From Squalus acanthias (lineage: Eukaryota): DNA of 64,000 nucleotides. The translations under genes and the position numbers were made by a program. Shown here piece by piece: positions 50,420 to 61,149 of the stretch (within the stretch, counting starts at the first letter, position 1; every line of letters begins with the position of its first letter). The DNA lies in assembly GCA_030390025.1 (NCBI GenBank), contig CM059448.1, forward strand, positions 4,154,001-4,218,000. The letters run 5' to 3'. The notes under the pieces are model-generated. The model searched no databases and was not told the DNA's origin. It saw only the letters and a program-made list of their open reading frames with translations.

Positions 50420-50960
50420 CATTCTAGGGATACGAGTGTCGCTGGCAAGACCAGCATTTATTACCCACCCCTAGTTGCCCTTGAAAAGGTGGTGGTGAGC
50501 CTTCTTCTTGAACCACTGCCGGATATTGACCCAGCGACGATGAAGGAACGGCAATATATTTCCAAGTCGGGATGGTGTGTGACTCAGAGGGGAACCTGGA
50601 GATGATGGTGTTCCCATGCACCTGCTGCCCTTGTCCTTCTAGGTGGTGGAGGTCGCAGGTTTGGGAGGTGCTGTCGAAGAAGCCTTGGCGAGTTGCTGCA
50701 GTGCATCCTGTAGATGGTACACACTGCAGCCACGTGGTGGAGAGAGTGAATGTTTAAGGTGGTGGATGGGGTGCTGATCAAACGGACTGCTTTGTCCTGG
50801 ATGGTGTTGAGCTTCTTGAGTGTTGTTGGAGCTGCACTCATCCAGGCAAGTGGAGAGTATTCCATCACACTCCTGACTTGTGCTTTGTAGATGATGGAAA
50901 GGCTTTGGGGAGTCAGGAGGTGAGACACTCACCGCAGAATGCCCAGCCTCTGACCTGCTC
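50420..50960 (-). mobile_element. LINE 3' fragment (CR1/L2 group)
   Basis: YKAQVRSVMEYSPLAWMSAAPTTLKKLNTIQDKAVRLI RT C-terminal remnant; tail shared with 5958-6165. Confidence 0.85.
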
Positions 50961-51348
50961 TTATATTGATTATAATATTATAGATTATCAGATTGCATTC
51001 ATCTATTGTTTTCTTGCATGGAGCTGGTTAGTATAATATCTATTGTAAATATATATGTGTGCTATATAGCCACTTGTTCACCTATTGTCCAATAAGATTA
51101 CTTGTTAGTTAAAGTCTAAAATAAGGTCTGGTGTTGTGATGCTTTACCTCTTTTCATGGATGGATAGTTCATGTGGAAGCATTGGATAGATTAATAGCTA
51201 AATTATTTATAGAAAGGTTTTGTGTTCATTATCCTCGGCTTACTATCAAAAACTTACCTAGATATCAGGGCCAGTGAAGATACTCTTCAGATAGTAGGGA
51301 GCTAAGACTCACCTATGAACGCAACCTAAAATAAAGAAGCAAAGTATC

Positions 51349-52245
51349 TAAGAACATAAGAACATAAAAAATAGGAGCAGGAGTAGGCCATTCGGCCCTT
51401 TGAGCCTGCTCCGCCATTCAATAAGATCATGGCTGATCTTCGACCTCAACTCCACCTTCCCGCACTATCCCCATATCCCTTGATTCTCTTAATATCCAAA
51501 AATCTATCGCTCTCTGTCTTGAATATACTCAACGACTGAGCATTCACAGCCCTCTGGGGTAGAGATACACAACCCTTTGAGTGAAAAAATTGCTCCTCAT
51601 CTCAGTTGTAAATGGCCAACCCCCTTATTCTGAGACTGTGACCCCTGGTTCTAGATTCCACAGCCAGGGGAAACATCATCCCTGCATCTACCCTGTCAAG
51701 CCTTGTAAGAATTTTATATGTTTCAATGAGATCACCTCTCATTCTTCTAAATTCTAGGGAATATAGGTCTAGTTTCCTCAATCTCTCCTCATAGGACAAT
51801 CCTCCATCCCAGGAATCAGTCTGGTGAACCTTTGTTGCACTCCCTCTAAGGCAAGTACAGGAAACTCTCTTTTAACCGGCACCCAAATAACCGGAAATCT
51901 CTCTTAACTGGCAAAATTCTTGAGTAGGTAACCGGGGTTTTCCTTCATCTCTCCTTTAAAAATAACTTTAAAAAAAACCCCGAGGCGTTTGCCTTGTATC
52001 GGAGCATGTAGATTGGGAGGGGAATGTGCAGCCCGGGTAGGCAGTGGACACGACAGATGATCAGCTGGCGGTCCCCGGGGAGACGGAGCTCCGAATGCAG
52101 GCGCATGTCAGTGTGTACGGGGCTCTCGTACGTTGGGAGATATAACTCTCCGTTATCCAGACTTTTTGATTAACCGGCACCACGCCGGTCCCGTCGGTGC
52201 CGGTTAATAAAGAGTTTCCTGTATATCCTTCCTTAGGTAAGGAGG
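51349..52245 (-). mobile_element. CR1 LINE 3' fragment interrupted by a MITE
   Basis: MSYEERLRKLDLYSLEFRRMRGDLIETYKIL remnant; (AAGAACAT)n tail; collinear with 37627-38160 on both sides of the insertion. Confidence 0.9.
51858..52221. mobile_element. Tc1/mariner-pogo (Tigger-like) MITE, 364 bp
   Basis: 25-bp TIRs CAGGAAACTCTCTTTTAACCGGCAC / rc CAGGAAACTCTTTATTAACCGGCAC; TA TSD; the empty site GCAAGTATATCCTTCC is seen in the CR1 copy at ~38128-38143. Confidence 0.9.
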
Positions 52246-52699
52246 CAGAAAACATCTAAAAATGTAACACTTGTGTCCTCCAGTTTCTGCGTTCACAGTC
52301 AAGCTCAACAACCTACTTGCATCTTCTTTCAGCAGGTCTCATCTCAGCCTTCCTTTCTCTAATGAAAACAAGTCCAGTCTGTGAGTTTGCTGTCTCCATA
52401 AACTTAGTCCCACAGACATCGTTGTCATGGTTGTCTTACATCTCCTCAAGGCATCAATTTCCTTTTAAAGGTAGGGTGCCAAAAACTGCACCCAGTATTC
52501 CATATCTGACCTCAGCAATGATCTATAGAAGGTTAGAATAACATGTTTTGACATATAGTCAAATGCCCTTGAGCTGCATCCTGGTACATGATTAGCCTTG
52601 TTAAGAGTTTCATATTAATTGGGTGCTTGCAGTAAATATCAAATTCTTCCATAGTCTTGCACTATCATAACCGGGGAAGCTTTTCCAGCCCTACGTCCT

Positions 52700-52975
52700 G
52701 ACCCTTGTGTTCCTCGAACTCTGGATTCCTGCCCTCTCTGCTCCACCATTGGAGGCCAATTTGTCCGGGTTTACAAACTCTACTCTCAAATACTCTCTCA
52801 AAACCACTTTGCTTTTCTACCTCTCTCCCTGCCTCAAAAGCCTTCAACCACACCTTCAGTATCCCCCACCTCCAAAATCCTTCTCTTACTGATTGATGTC
52901 CACCTCTCCCACTGTACAGCTTTTTGAAACATTTGTCTATGTGAGGATCACCATACGAATGCACGTTTTAGTTGT
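52700..52975 (+). mobile_element. L2 3' fragment, diverged
   Basis: CTCCACCATTGGAGGCC...AAAGCCTTCAACCAC...TGTACAGCTTTTTGAAACATT...GAATGCACGTT. Confidence 0.55.
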
Positions 52976-53036
52976 GAACAGTCAAACTTTTTGCATCTTT
53001 CTTTTCAGGGAACAGGTCGATGAGATACTGATGTCA

Positions 53037-53461
53037 ACAGAGCCTATACTCTCTGGAGTTTAGAAGAATGAGAGGTGATCTCATTGAAACATATAAGATT
53101 CTGAGAGGGATTGACAGGGTAGATGCTGAGAGGTTGTTTCCCCTGGCTGGAGAGTCAAGAACTAGGAGGCATAGTCTTAGGATAAGGGGTCGGCCGCTTA
53201 GGACTGAGATGAGGAGAAATTTCTTCACTCAGAGGGTTGTGAATCTTTGGAATTCTCTACCCCAAAGAGCTGTGGATGCTGAATCATTGAGTATATTCAG
53301 GGCTTAAATAGATAGGTTTTTGAACTCATGGAGAATCAAGGGATATGGAGATCGCGCAGGAAAGTGGAGTTGAGGTCGAAGATCAGCCATGATCTTATTG
53401 AATGGCGGAGCAGGCTTGAGGGGCCGTATGGCCTACTCTTGTTCCGAATTCTTATGTTCTA
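53037..53461 (+). mobile_element. CR1 LINE 3' end (young)
   Basis: MRGDLIETYKILRGIDRVDAERLFPLAGESRTRRHSLRIRGRPLRTEMRRNFFTQRVVNLWNSLPQRAV plus tail TTCTTATGTTCT. Confidence 0.92.
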
Positions 53462-54326
53462 CAAAAAAAATTAAAAGATGTTCGAAAAATGACCCCTATA
53501 GGGGCGTTATACCTCGTTCTAAGCAATCCAAAAGAGGAAAACAGCAGGGCAAGAAGAAATGTAATTAGTTTCATTCTCTTGTCCTAACTCCTCAGCAGTC
53601 ACTTCTACCTCCTTTACTGACATGACTACCGGCAACAGAGATTCGGACTCTTTTGAAGACTCGTGCTGTCAGACATAGCAGCACGAAAGTCGTTCTGTTC
53701 CGAGGATTTTTCTTATCAGGCAGCCCTGCCTTTGAAGGTAGTCATTTCAGTACTGTACACTACAAAGTCAGAGCACAGGTGACATCAGGGCTAGAAAGTT
53801 AAAGGCCTGACTCCCAATACTTTTGTAGTTCTCAAAACGGCAGGAGATTATTGACCCATTTGGAACCTCGGCCTTTTGAACATTGAAAGGACAAGCTCAG
53901 GCTGCAGGGAAAAGAAAATCAGATGGGAAGGTATCGTTGAGTCACCTCCTGACAACTGGCCAAAGGGGACTTTGGAGGAGGTCTGGAAGCAGGTTGCCCA
54001 CCTGTCCCCTCAGCAGCAGATTTACGCAGGACTACGGGAATTGACTGAGGGTGCATGTCCCTCACTGAAGAGAAAATAGTCAGCAAAAGAACTAAATAAA
54101 TAAAATACCACCATAAAAATCACATCATTATACAAAACTTAATTTGGATTTTATTCCACCAACTCGAGCATTTTTTCATTCACTGCTGTTTAATTGGATT
54201 TACAGTAACCAGCGTTAGTGTGTTTGGTCTTACCTACACGTAAAAAGAAAAGTTGTAAGGAGAATTTTTAAAAAATCAATTGTAAGTTGAGCATAAACTT
54301 CATCGCAGCAGCAAACTTGTTCCAGG

Positions 54327-54835
54327 AATGAGTTTAATGAGGTTATGCTAGGACTGTACAATGCACTGGTTAGACCACATTTGGAATACTGTGTACAATT
54401 CTGGTCACTATGCTGCAAAAAGGATGTGTAAGCATTGGAGGAAGTGCAAAGAACAAAAAGAATGATTTTGAGTGCATGGCAGATGACATACGAGGAAAGG
54501 TTGAAACTGCTTGATCTCTACAGCTAAAGATTTAAGGGAGGAATCCCACTACAGTAAATAAAACATGAAATGGCTTAGATAAGGTAAATCACAAATATTA
54601 CTTTAAGATAAGGCAGGACAGTAGAACCAGAGGTCATAAATATAAACTAGTGAAAAGTAAATTTGGCGCAGATACCAAAAAGACCTTCTCGCAAAGGGTG
54701 ATAAATGTCTAGAATAACCTATCAAGCAGGATATTAGAGACAGGGTCATTCAGAACACAGTCGGATGCCGGGCTGAGAGTTAGAATGCCAGGGAGACAGG
54801 TTCCAGTGGGCTGAAAGTATTTTTCTCGGTCCTTG
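54327..54835 (+). mobile_element. CR1 LINE 3' fragment, old
   Basis: [23 protein letters not shown] remnant; AGAACCAGAGGTCATAAATATAAACTAG (RTRGHKYKL). Confidence 0.75.
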
Positions 54836-55233
54836 GCTTTTTTTTGTTGTCTTATTAAGCCTCCAGTGAGGTTAATCATTGGGGCCCTCTATCTAGCTTA
54901 CCCCTTTTCACTCCACCACTCGAAAAACCACACAAGTCCGTCCCACACAAACAACATTTTGCGAACTGTTACTGTGCCTCACATTTCCGAGGGAAATGGA
55001 AAATAAGGAACTTACAAACACAGGGCTTTATGAAAATTAGAACCTGCACTCTTGGTATGTTTGTGTCTCTGTAAGAGGCATAGAGAGTAATTTTGCAAGG
55101 TTTTGGTGCCAGCTCGGAGCCTCACTAGCAGCAAGCAAAGCTTGGAGATAGGGCTACCTCATTTTAGCGGCAATTCTCTAGCCCTCAGTAGCCTATGTGC
55201 TGCATCCAAGCCTCACCAAATTACCACCATTAT

Positions 55234-55440
55234 GGGGAGATTTTCCTGGGTCTGCGCCCAAGTGCAGTGGTGGATTGCTTGGGCACAGTGAATATCGGAA
55301 AAACGAGATGGCTGAAGCACACAGCTGTAAACGGAAGGAACATTGGACAGTTCCATTACAGGTTTGGGGCCTGAGCTTCCCATTTTCCAATATTTGATGC
55401 ATCCAGGCGATCCCAGGTGCAGACCCAGGAAAATCACCCC
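55234..55440. mobile_element. Hairpin MITE (Harbinger-like ends)
   Basis: TIR GGGGAGATTTTCCTGGGTCTGCGCC vs rc GGGGTGATTTTCCTGGGTCTGCACC (23/25); inner arms also partly complementary. Confidence 0.75.
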
Positions 55441-55559
55441 AACATTGTTTTGTCATCAAACGCAATAAAAACTTAACTTTGAAACATAAAAACAACTTCT
55501 TGCAATATCCTACCTTCTGGTTAAAACAGTCTGATCTTGAGTTCTTCAGAAACTCTACA

Positions 55560-55746
55560 GGGGCTAATTTTAACCTAACTCTCCGGGCGAGAAACCCACA
55601 GGATAGGGAGTAACGCCGGTTTTACACCCCGCCCATTATTACTCTCCATCAGCTTAATGGAGAGTAAAATTGGGTGAGGAGTAAAAGCAGCGTTACACCC
55701 GATCACGTCAGATTCCTGATGGGCGGGTAGGGTTAAAATGACCCCC
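55560..55746. mobile_element. Hairpin MITE (Harbinger-like ends)
   Basis: GGGGCTAATTTTAACC / GGTTAAAATGACCCCC termini; central TTACTCTCCAT-CAGCTTA-ATGGAGAGTAA stem. Confidence 0.75.
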
Positions 55747-56180
55747 TATAAATCAGTGGCAGTTCACTCTTTGGAGGCAGCAAATCCTCTCGTTTGGTTT
55801 GTCATATTCTCACTAAAACTTCCCCCTGTTTCATGGAAAAAAAAAGTTGGTGAAAAAAAAGTTTTAAAAAGGGGCAAAAAGATCATGGACTGTCTGGAGA
55901 AAAATTGTGCAAGCAAGATTTCCTAGCTGCAGTTTAAAAAAAAAAGTTTCCAGGGAGGTTACAGATCCCTCGCAGCCATGAAATTTGCACATCTGAGCGT
56001 ACTGTCGATTTCTTCACACCTACAGGCAGCTCACGCTATCCGGCTATCATTCAGAGAGGCCCATATCCTGCATTCATTAGTGCTGGCTCCTGTTGTAGAA
56101 AACAAAACAAAAAATTATAACTTTTAAATGCTACTGCACTTGTGTGAACTTTATAACACAGACACCTATCGTATCCAAAA

Positions 56181-56551
56181 GAAAGCAAGACTTGCATTTA
56201 TAAGTGCTACAACCAATGAAGTACTTGTGAAGTGTAGGCACTGTTGTAATTTAGGAAATGCAGCAATGTGTTAGTGACCAGATAATCTGTTTTTTAGTGA
56301 TGTCGATTGAGACATAAATATTGGCCAGGACACTGGGGTGAACTCCCCTGCTCTTCTTCGAAATCGTGCCATGGGATCTTTTACACCCATCTGAGAGGGC
56401 AGACAGGGCCTCGGTTTAAAGTCTCATCTGAAAAGCGGCACCTCTGAAGTGTCAGCCTAGATTTTGGTGTTCAAGTCCCTGGAGTGGAACCTGAACCCAC
56501 AACTTTCTGACTCAGAGGCGAAAGTGCTACCACTGAGCCATGGCTGACACC
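56181..56551 (-). mobile_element. DeuSINE with deletions
   Basis: Reverse-complement family match, including the head CCACTGAGCCATGGCTGACAC. Confidence 0.82.
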
Positions 56552-56649
56552 CAAGTATCTGCTAGAAGCAAGCGCATGTCAGCTGGAAAGTGGACACCTG
56601 AGGGCAGCAAAAACATCCCGAGTTGAGCATTTAACGTCAGCATGAACAA

Positions 56650-56965
56650 AGTTCCCCGATGGCTCAGTTGGTAAAAGCAGTGTCTAACTGACCAGAAAAT
56701 TCCTGGTTTGATCCCACCTATGCTGAGTTGATCGAGGTTAATAAGGGTGCTACAATTGGCCTTTTGACCTGCTTCTTCTTGTGATTCCTTGCTGGGAAGT
56801 ACACATGCAGACATCAGGTGAGGACATTATCAGGTGATGGCTCCCATGGTAAAATAGCCGGTCAACATTCACTGTCCAGACTCGTACAAAGACTGGCCTC
56901 TTTGGTGAGGCATGAGAGGGCTGACGTCTCCCGTGCCTTCAGCAGAGGAGCGTAGAAAATTGGAG
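56650..56965 (+). mobile_element. Old unnamed tRNA-headed SINE-like copy
   Basis: A-box-like TGGCTCAGTTGG, B-box-like GGTTTGATCCC, then the shared GTGCTACAATTGGCC and GTGAGGACA blocks. Confidence 0.55.
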
Positions 56966-56999
56966 GGAGGGGGAAGCTACAAAAAAACATCAGCATGAA

Positions 57000-57720
57000 A
57001 TGGCATCAGCATGAGCAGAATCTGGAGAGAGCAGAGGTGGAACGCAGATGTTGGAGGATGGAGTGATCAATGGTGTTGAAGATTGAGAAGTTACAGTCAC
57101 ACATTTTGCCGCTGGTGACTTTGCCCAGTGCAGTCTCAATAATGTGGACGGACTGTAAGCCAGGTTGGAGAGTCTCAAACAGAAAGGCAACAACATTTTC
57201 CAAGACTTTAATTAGGAAGGAACAGAAGTGTTGGAAAGAATGCGGGTTTCTTAATGAGGGGGTGATAACAGCAGTCTTGAAGAAGGAGGAACGTTGCTGG
57301 AGGACACAGACAGGTTGATGATGTTGGCAAGCACGGGCCCTGAAGATGAGGGTTGGGAGGGTATTGAGGGAGCAGGTGGTTTGCTTCATGAACGAGATGA
57401 GCGTGTTGAGGGGAGAGAAAAGGATGGGTGAGGGTTCCTTTGGGTGGAGGGTAGGATAGAGTATTGGGAATTGAGAAGCAGGAGTTGTGAGGCTGTCAGT
57501 GGACGCAGCAAAAGATGGAAAAATCCATGATCTCCTCACATTTTGAGTCTGAGGTAAAGATTAGGAGTTGCAGAGTTTAGAGTTATTGCCACTCTCCAGG
57601 ATGATCTCGGAGCAGTAAGGGTTTTGGTCAGAGAGAAGGAGCACCAGTACAGCTCCAGTACAGCTTGAGGTGGTACAGCCAGATCTTGTAGTGAACAGCC
57701 AGGCTGGTCACTCACTGTGC
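57000..57720 (-). mobile_element. L2 LINE internal RT remnant
   Basis: FKTAVITPSL...LIKVLENVVA..LFETLQPGLQSVHIIETALGKV...FNTIDHSILQHL matches L2 RT subdomains. Confidence 0.75.
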
Positions 57721-57762
57721 GTACAGCCTACAGATTTGAGGCCGCAGAAGTGGCTGTTGTGT

Positions 57763-57900
57763 CAAGGCAAGGGTATTAAGGGTTACAGAACCAAGGCGGC
57801 TACATGGAGTTAAGACACAGATCAGCCATGATCTAATTGAATGGTGGAACAGGCTCAAGAGGCTGAATGGCTTACTCCTGGTCCTATATTCATATATTCT
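57763..57900 (+). mobile_element. CR1 tail fragment
   Basis: GGTATTAAGGGTT...GATCAGCCATGATCTAATTGAATGGTGGAACAGGCTC...TCCTATATTC. Confidence 0.75.
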
Positions 57901-57940
57901 CAAGGGGTGCAGTGGGGTTGAAACACTGTCTAGGATCTAA

Positions 57941-58400
57941 GGGGTAGGTAGCATAGTGGTTATGTTACTGGACTAATAATCCAGAGGCCTGGACTAATAA
58001 TAAACTACGGCAGATGCGGAATTTAAAAAAATTCAGTTAATTAAATATATCTGGAATTGAAAAAAGCTAGTATCAGTAATGGTGATTGTCGTAAAAACCC
58101 ATCTGGTTCACTAATGTCCTTTAGGGAAGGAAATCTGTTGTCCTCACCTGGTCTGGCCTATATGTGACTCCAGACCCACATCAATGTGGTTAACTCTTAA
58201 CTGCCCTCTGAAATGGCCTAGCAAGCCACTCAATTGTACCAAACTGCTACTACAAAGTCACTGTGGGAGTACCTTCACCACACGGATTGCAGCGGTTCAA
58301 GAAGACGGCTCACCACCACCTTCTCAAGGGCAATTAGGGATGGGCAATAAATGCTGGCCTTGACAGCGACGCCTACATCCTATTAATGAATTAAAAAAAA
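57941..58400 (+). mobile_element. MetaSINE-like tRNA-derived SINE
   Basis: Central GTCGTAAAAACCCATCTGGTTCACTAATGTCCTTTAGGGAAGGAAATCTG...GTGACTCCAGACCCAC (recalled Meta domain); the 3' tail matches the LINE tail at 6040-6150. Confidence 0.72.
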
Positions 58401-60055
58401 CCAAAGCTGAATGCAACAAGTTGTGGTGGATATTGACTAAGGCACCGACCGGTATCAGTGTGGGTGATAGGCCAGAGGAGGAGTTTGGAATTAGTGAGCA
58501 AATTTAAGAATGACTTGGGGGAGGTAGTTTTTATCCAGCGGGAGTAATCATAAGTGGAAAATTTCACAATTTTTTTTCCTTGCTTGCTCAGTAAAACTCA
58601 GGCCAACTTCAGCATCCCTAATAAATACAGCTCACAGAATATGACTTCCAATTTTGTCAGAAGTGACTCACTGAAAGAGAATGGGTGTTGGACATAAACC
58701 GTTGGTCCCTAAGTGGGCTCTGATGAGGCCAAAGTTTTCTTAAGATACTCAATGAAATTCAGACAGGAATGGGTCATGAGGTGGAGTCCATTTATGCACA
58801 TCTCATCGGGATTGCTATGATGTAATTTCCTTTACCGGCACACATCCTGGTGTCTCAGTTCACTGGGCCAAAGTGAACACAGGTTGAGACTTCTCGGATT
58901 GCTTTATTGGTCGTCCGTTGCACTGACGAACTGGCCCTAAACTACACATGGGAGCCGCTCTGAAAACAACCCAAATATCATGCTATGTTCTGGGTTGGAA
59001 AAGTAACTTCTGAACAGAGATAATCTTTGTAAAACATGGAATGGATACTTACAGTGGATATGTGTTCAGTTTTAAGAAATCTCTTGACTTACAGACATTG
59101 GATAACTTATGTCACCCCTGGAGACCCATAACAGATTATACATTGATTATAGGAACATAAATTATCCAGCCACATATGGTCGGTGGAGTCGAATGTCATT
59201 GAGTACAGAGACTTGACATCTTTAACTTCAAGCATATAAAGACACTGTCTCACTACCACACATTTTCAGGGGTCCAATTAACCTAAAACATTAAGTCATT
59301 TGCTCACAGTTTACCCAAACTTCAAATTTCGACGAGTTTTTTGTGTGAGGCAGGGGATGGACTGTAACTTAAGGAGCCTTATTTAGCTGCCAGTAAAAAT
59401 ATTGTGTGGTGTGTTTGTGTGTATGAATAGGAGGTATAAGCCAAGCAGGTATCCATTAACATGTCTGGTGCGGATCTTGTTACATTTCTTACTTTGATGC
59501 AAAGATCAAATCAGAATATGTACCATTACAGTAAAATATGTTGAATGCTTTCATTCACATTAAATTGTGAGCTCAAAGGATTTTAATAATAGAAAACAGC
59601 TTTGAAAGTTGTCTTGGCAGAGCACTTCTCAGTGCTGAGAGACGTTCCACTGAAGCAGTATGATTGGGGGTGGGGAAGAAATACATTGGGCCAGGTGTTG
59701 CAATGTCATGGCTGAGTGCCTCGGCCTCTGCGCAGGCAGAAATACTTTGGCGCCAATATAGCTGCAGTTTATGAATTGTTGCTTTAAGACCTGCAATGCG
59801 ATGGGGGGACTGGGCTGGAGCTGGAACGCACAGCGCCACAAGTTCACAGTCTCAGCCCTGCTGTCATGGGAAGTTACATAGTCGCTCCCTCCACAGGAAG
59901 AAAAAAATCAAGTGAGCTGTCACCCAGGGCTGCCAGCGCACCTCTTTGAAGCCTGCAATACGACAGCACTGGTGGAAGCTCCCAGGAGCGGGTCTCCAGG
60001 CCATCCTCCCAACTGGAAATGAGGGGCTGATTCCAGGAGGGAAAAGGGAATATAG

Positions 60056-60520
60056 AAAGAAGAAAGACTTGCATTTATAAAGCGGCTTTCACGACCACCG
60101 AACGTCCCAAAGCGCTTTACAGCCAATGGAGTACTTTTGGAAGTGTAGTCGCTGTTGTAATGTAGGAAACGTGGCAGCCAATTTACTCACAGCAAGCTCC
60201 CACAAACAGCAATGTGATCATGACCAGATAATCTGTTTTTTTTAGTGATGTTAATTGAGGGGTAAATATTGGCCAGGACACCGGGGAGAACTCCCCTGCT
60301 CTTCTTCAAAATAGTGCCATGTGATCTTTTAAGTCCACCTGAGAGAGCAGACGGGGCCTCGGTTTAACGTCTCATCCGAAAGACGGCACTGCAGCGCTCC
60401 CTCAGTACCGCACTGGAGTGTCAGCCTGGATTTTTGTGCTCAGGTCTCTGGAGTGGGACTCGAACCCACAACCTTCTGACTCAGAGGCGAGAGCACTACC
60501 CACTAAGCCACAGCTGGCAC
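60056..60520 (-). mobile_element. DeuSINE, full length
   Basis: Reverse-complement match with B box (GGGACTCGAACCC on +) and Deu body. Confidence 0.88.
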
Positions 60521-60867
60521 TGATATATATTATAAAATATGTTATAAGGAAGAAAGAATTGTGGGTTTTTTTAGCCCTAAATTGTTACTTTAATAATTAT
60601 AATATTTTGATATTGTTATGGAAACTCAAGGATAAGCTCGTTGTACAGCTATAGTTCTTCAAGTAAAGCCCTTCAATATGGATTTAATTATAATTAGGCA
60701 CTAATTGGTGTATGAGAAGATATTCGCAGTAAAGGAATTTTGCCATTAACCATGCCAACATAACATTGCTTGTAGCAGAGAGACAGGTCACTAGCAGAGA
60801 ACCCTTTGCAGTAAAACCCAGTGTTGCTGCACGTCAAATCTCATGCACAGTACACGGCTATACTAAC

Positions 60868-61068
60868 CACAAGCGCATAGAATGTCTCTGCCATTGCTTC
60901 TTCAAAGAACCGTTCCTCGCGTTTGTATTCAGGGTGATTTCTTCCGGCTTTCTGGATTCTCCGATCCAGACTCTGCAGGACAAGCTGTGCCATGTCTTTG
61001 CCCTTCTTGATAGATTGCACTTTCAGAAATTTATTCATTTTGTCTATTGTGAGAAGGTCATTAATAAC
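60868..61068 (-). CDS. Putative internal coding exon of an unidentified minus-strand gene
   Basis: Polypyrimidine acceptor tttttcatttcatctacatcag|GTT, donor GTG|gttagt. It is 201 nt = 67 stop-free codons, phase 0-0: VINDLLTIDKMNKFLKVQSIKKGKDMAQLVLQSLDRRIQKAGRNHPEYKREERFFEEAMAETFYALV. Not recognisable as a repeat. Confidence 0.6.
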
Positions 61069-61149
61069 CTGATGTAGATGAAATGAAAAAACAGAGCAAT
61101 CAGACAGCAGGTATACAGTTTCAGTTTTAAACATTAACATTCATCTATG

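Noticed and set aside
53600-53738. Plus-strand acceptor/donor pair (ctcctcagcag|...GAAG|gtagtc)
   Set aside because: Stops occur in all three frames, the donor is weak, and no partner exons are seen.
58720-58745. CTGATGAG hammerhead-like starts (also 34035 and 15717)
   Set aside because: No helix II followed by GAAA.
59053-59282. Minus-strand AG/GTAAGT-bounded candidate exon
   Set aside because: All three frames contain early stops; at most a short terminal VNWTPENVW*, which is unsupported.
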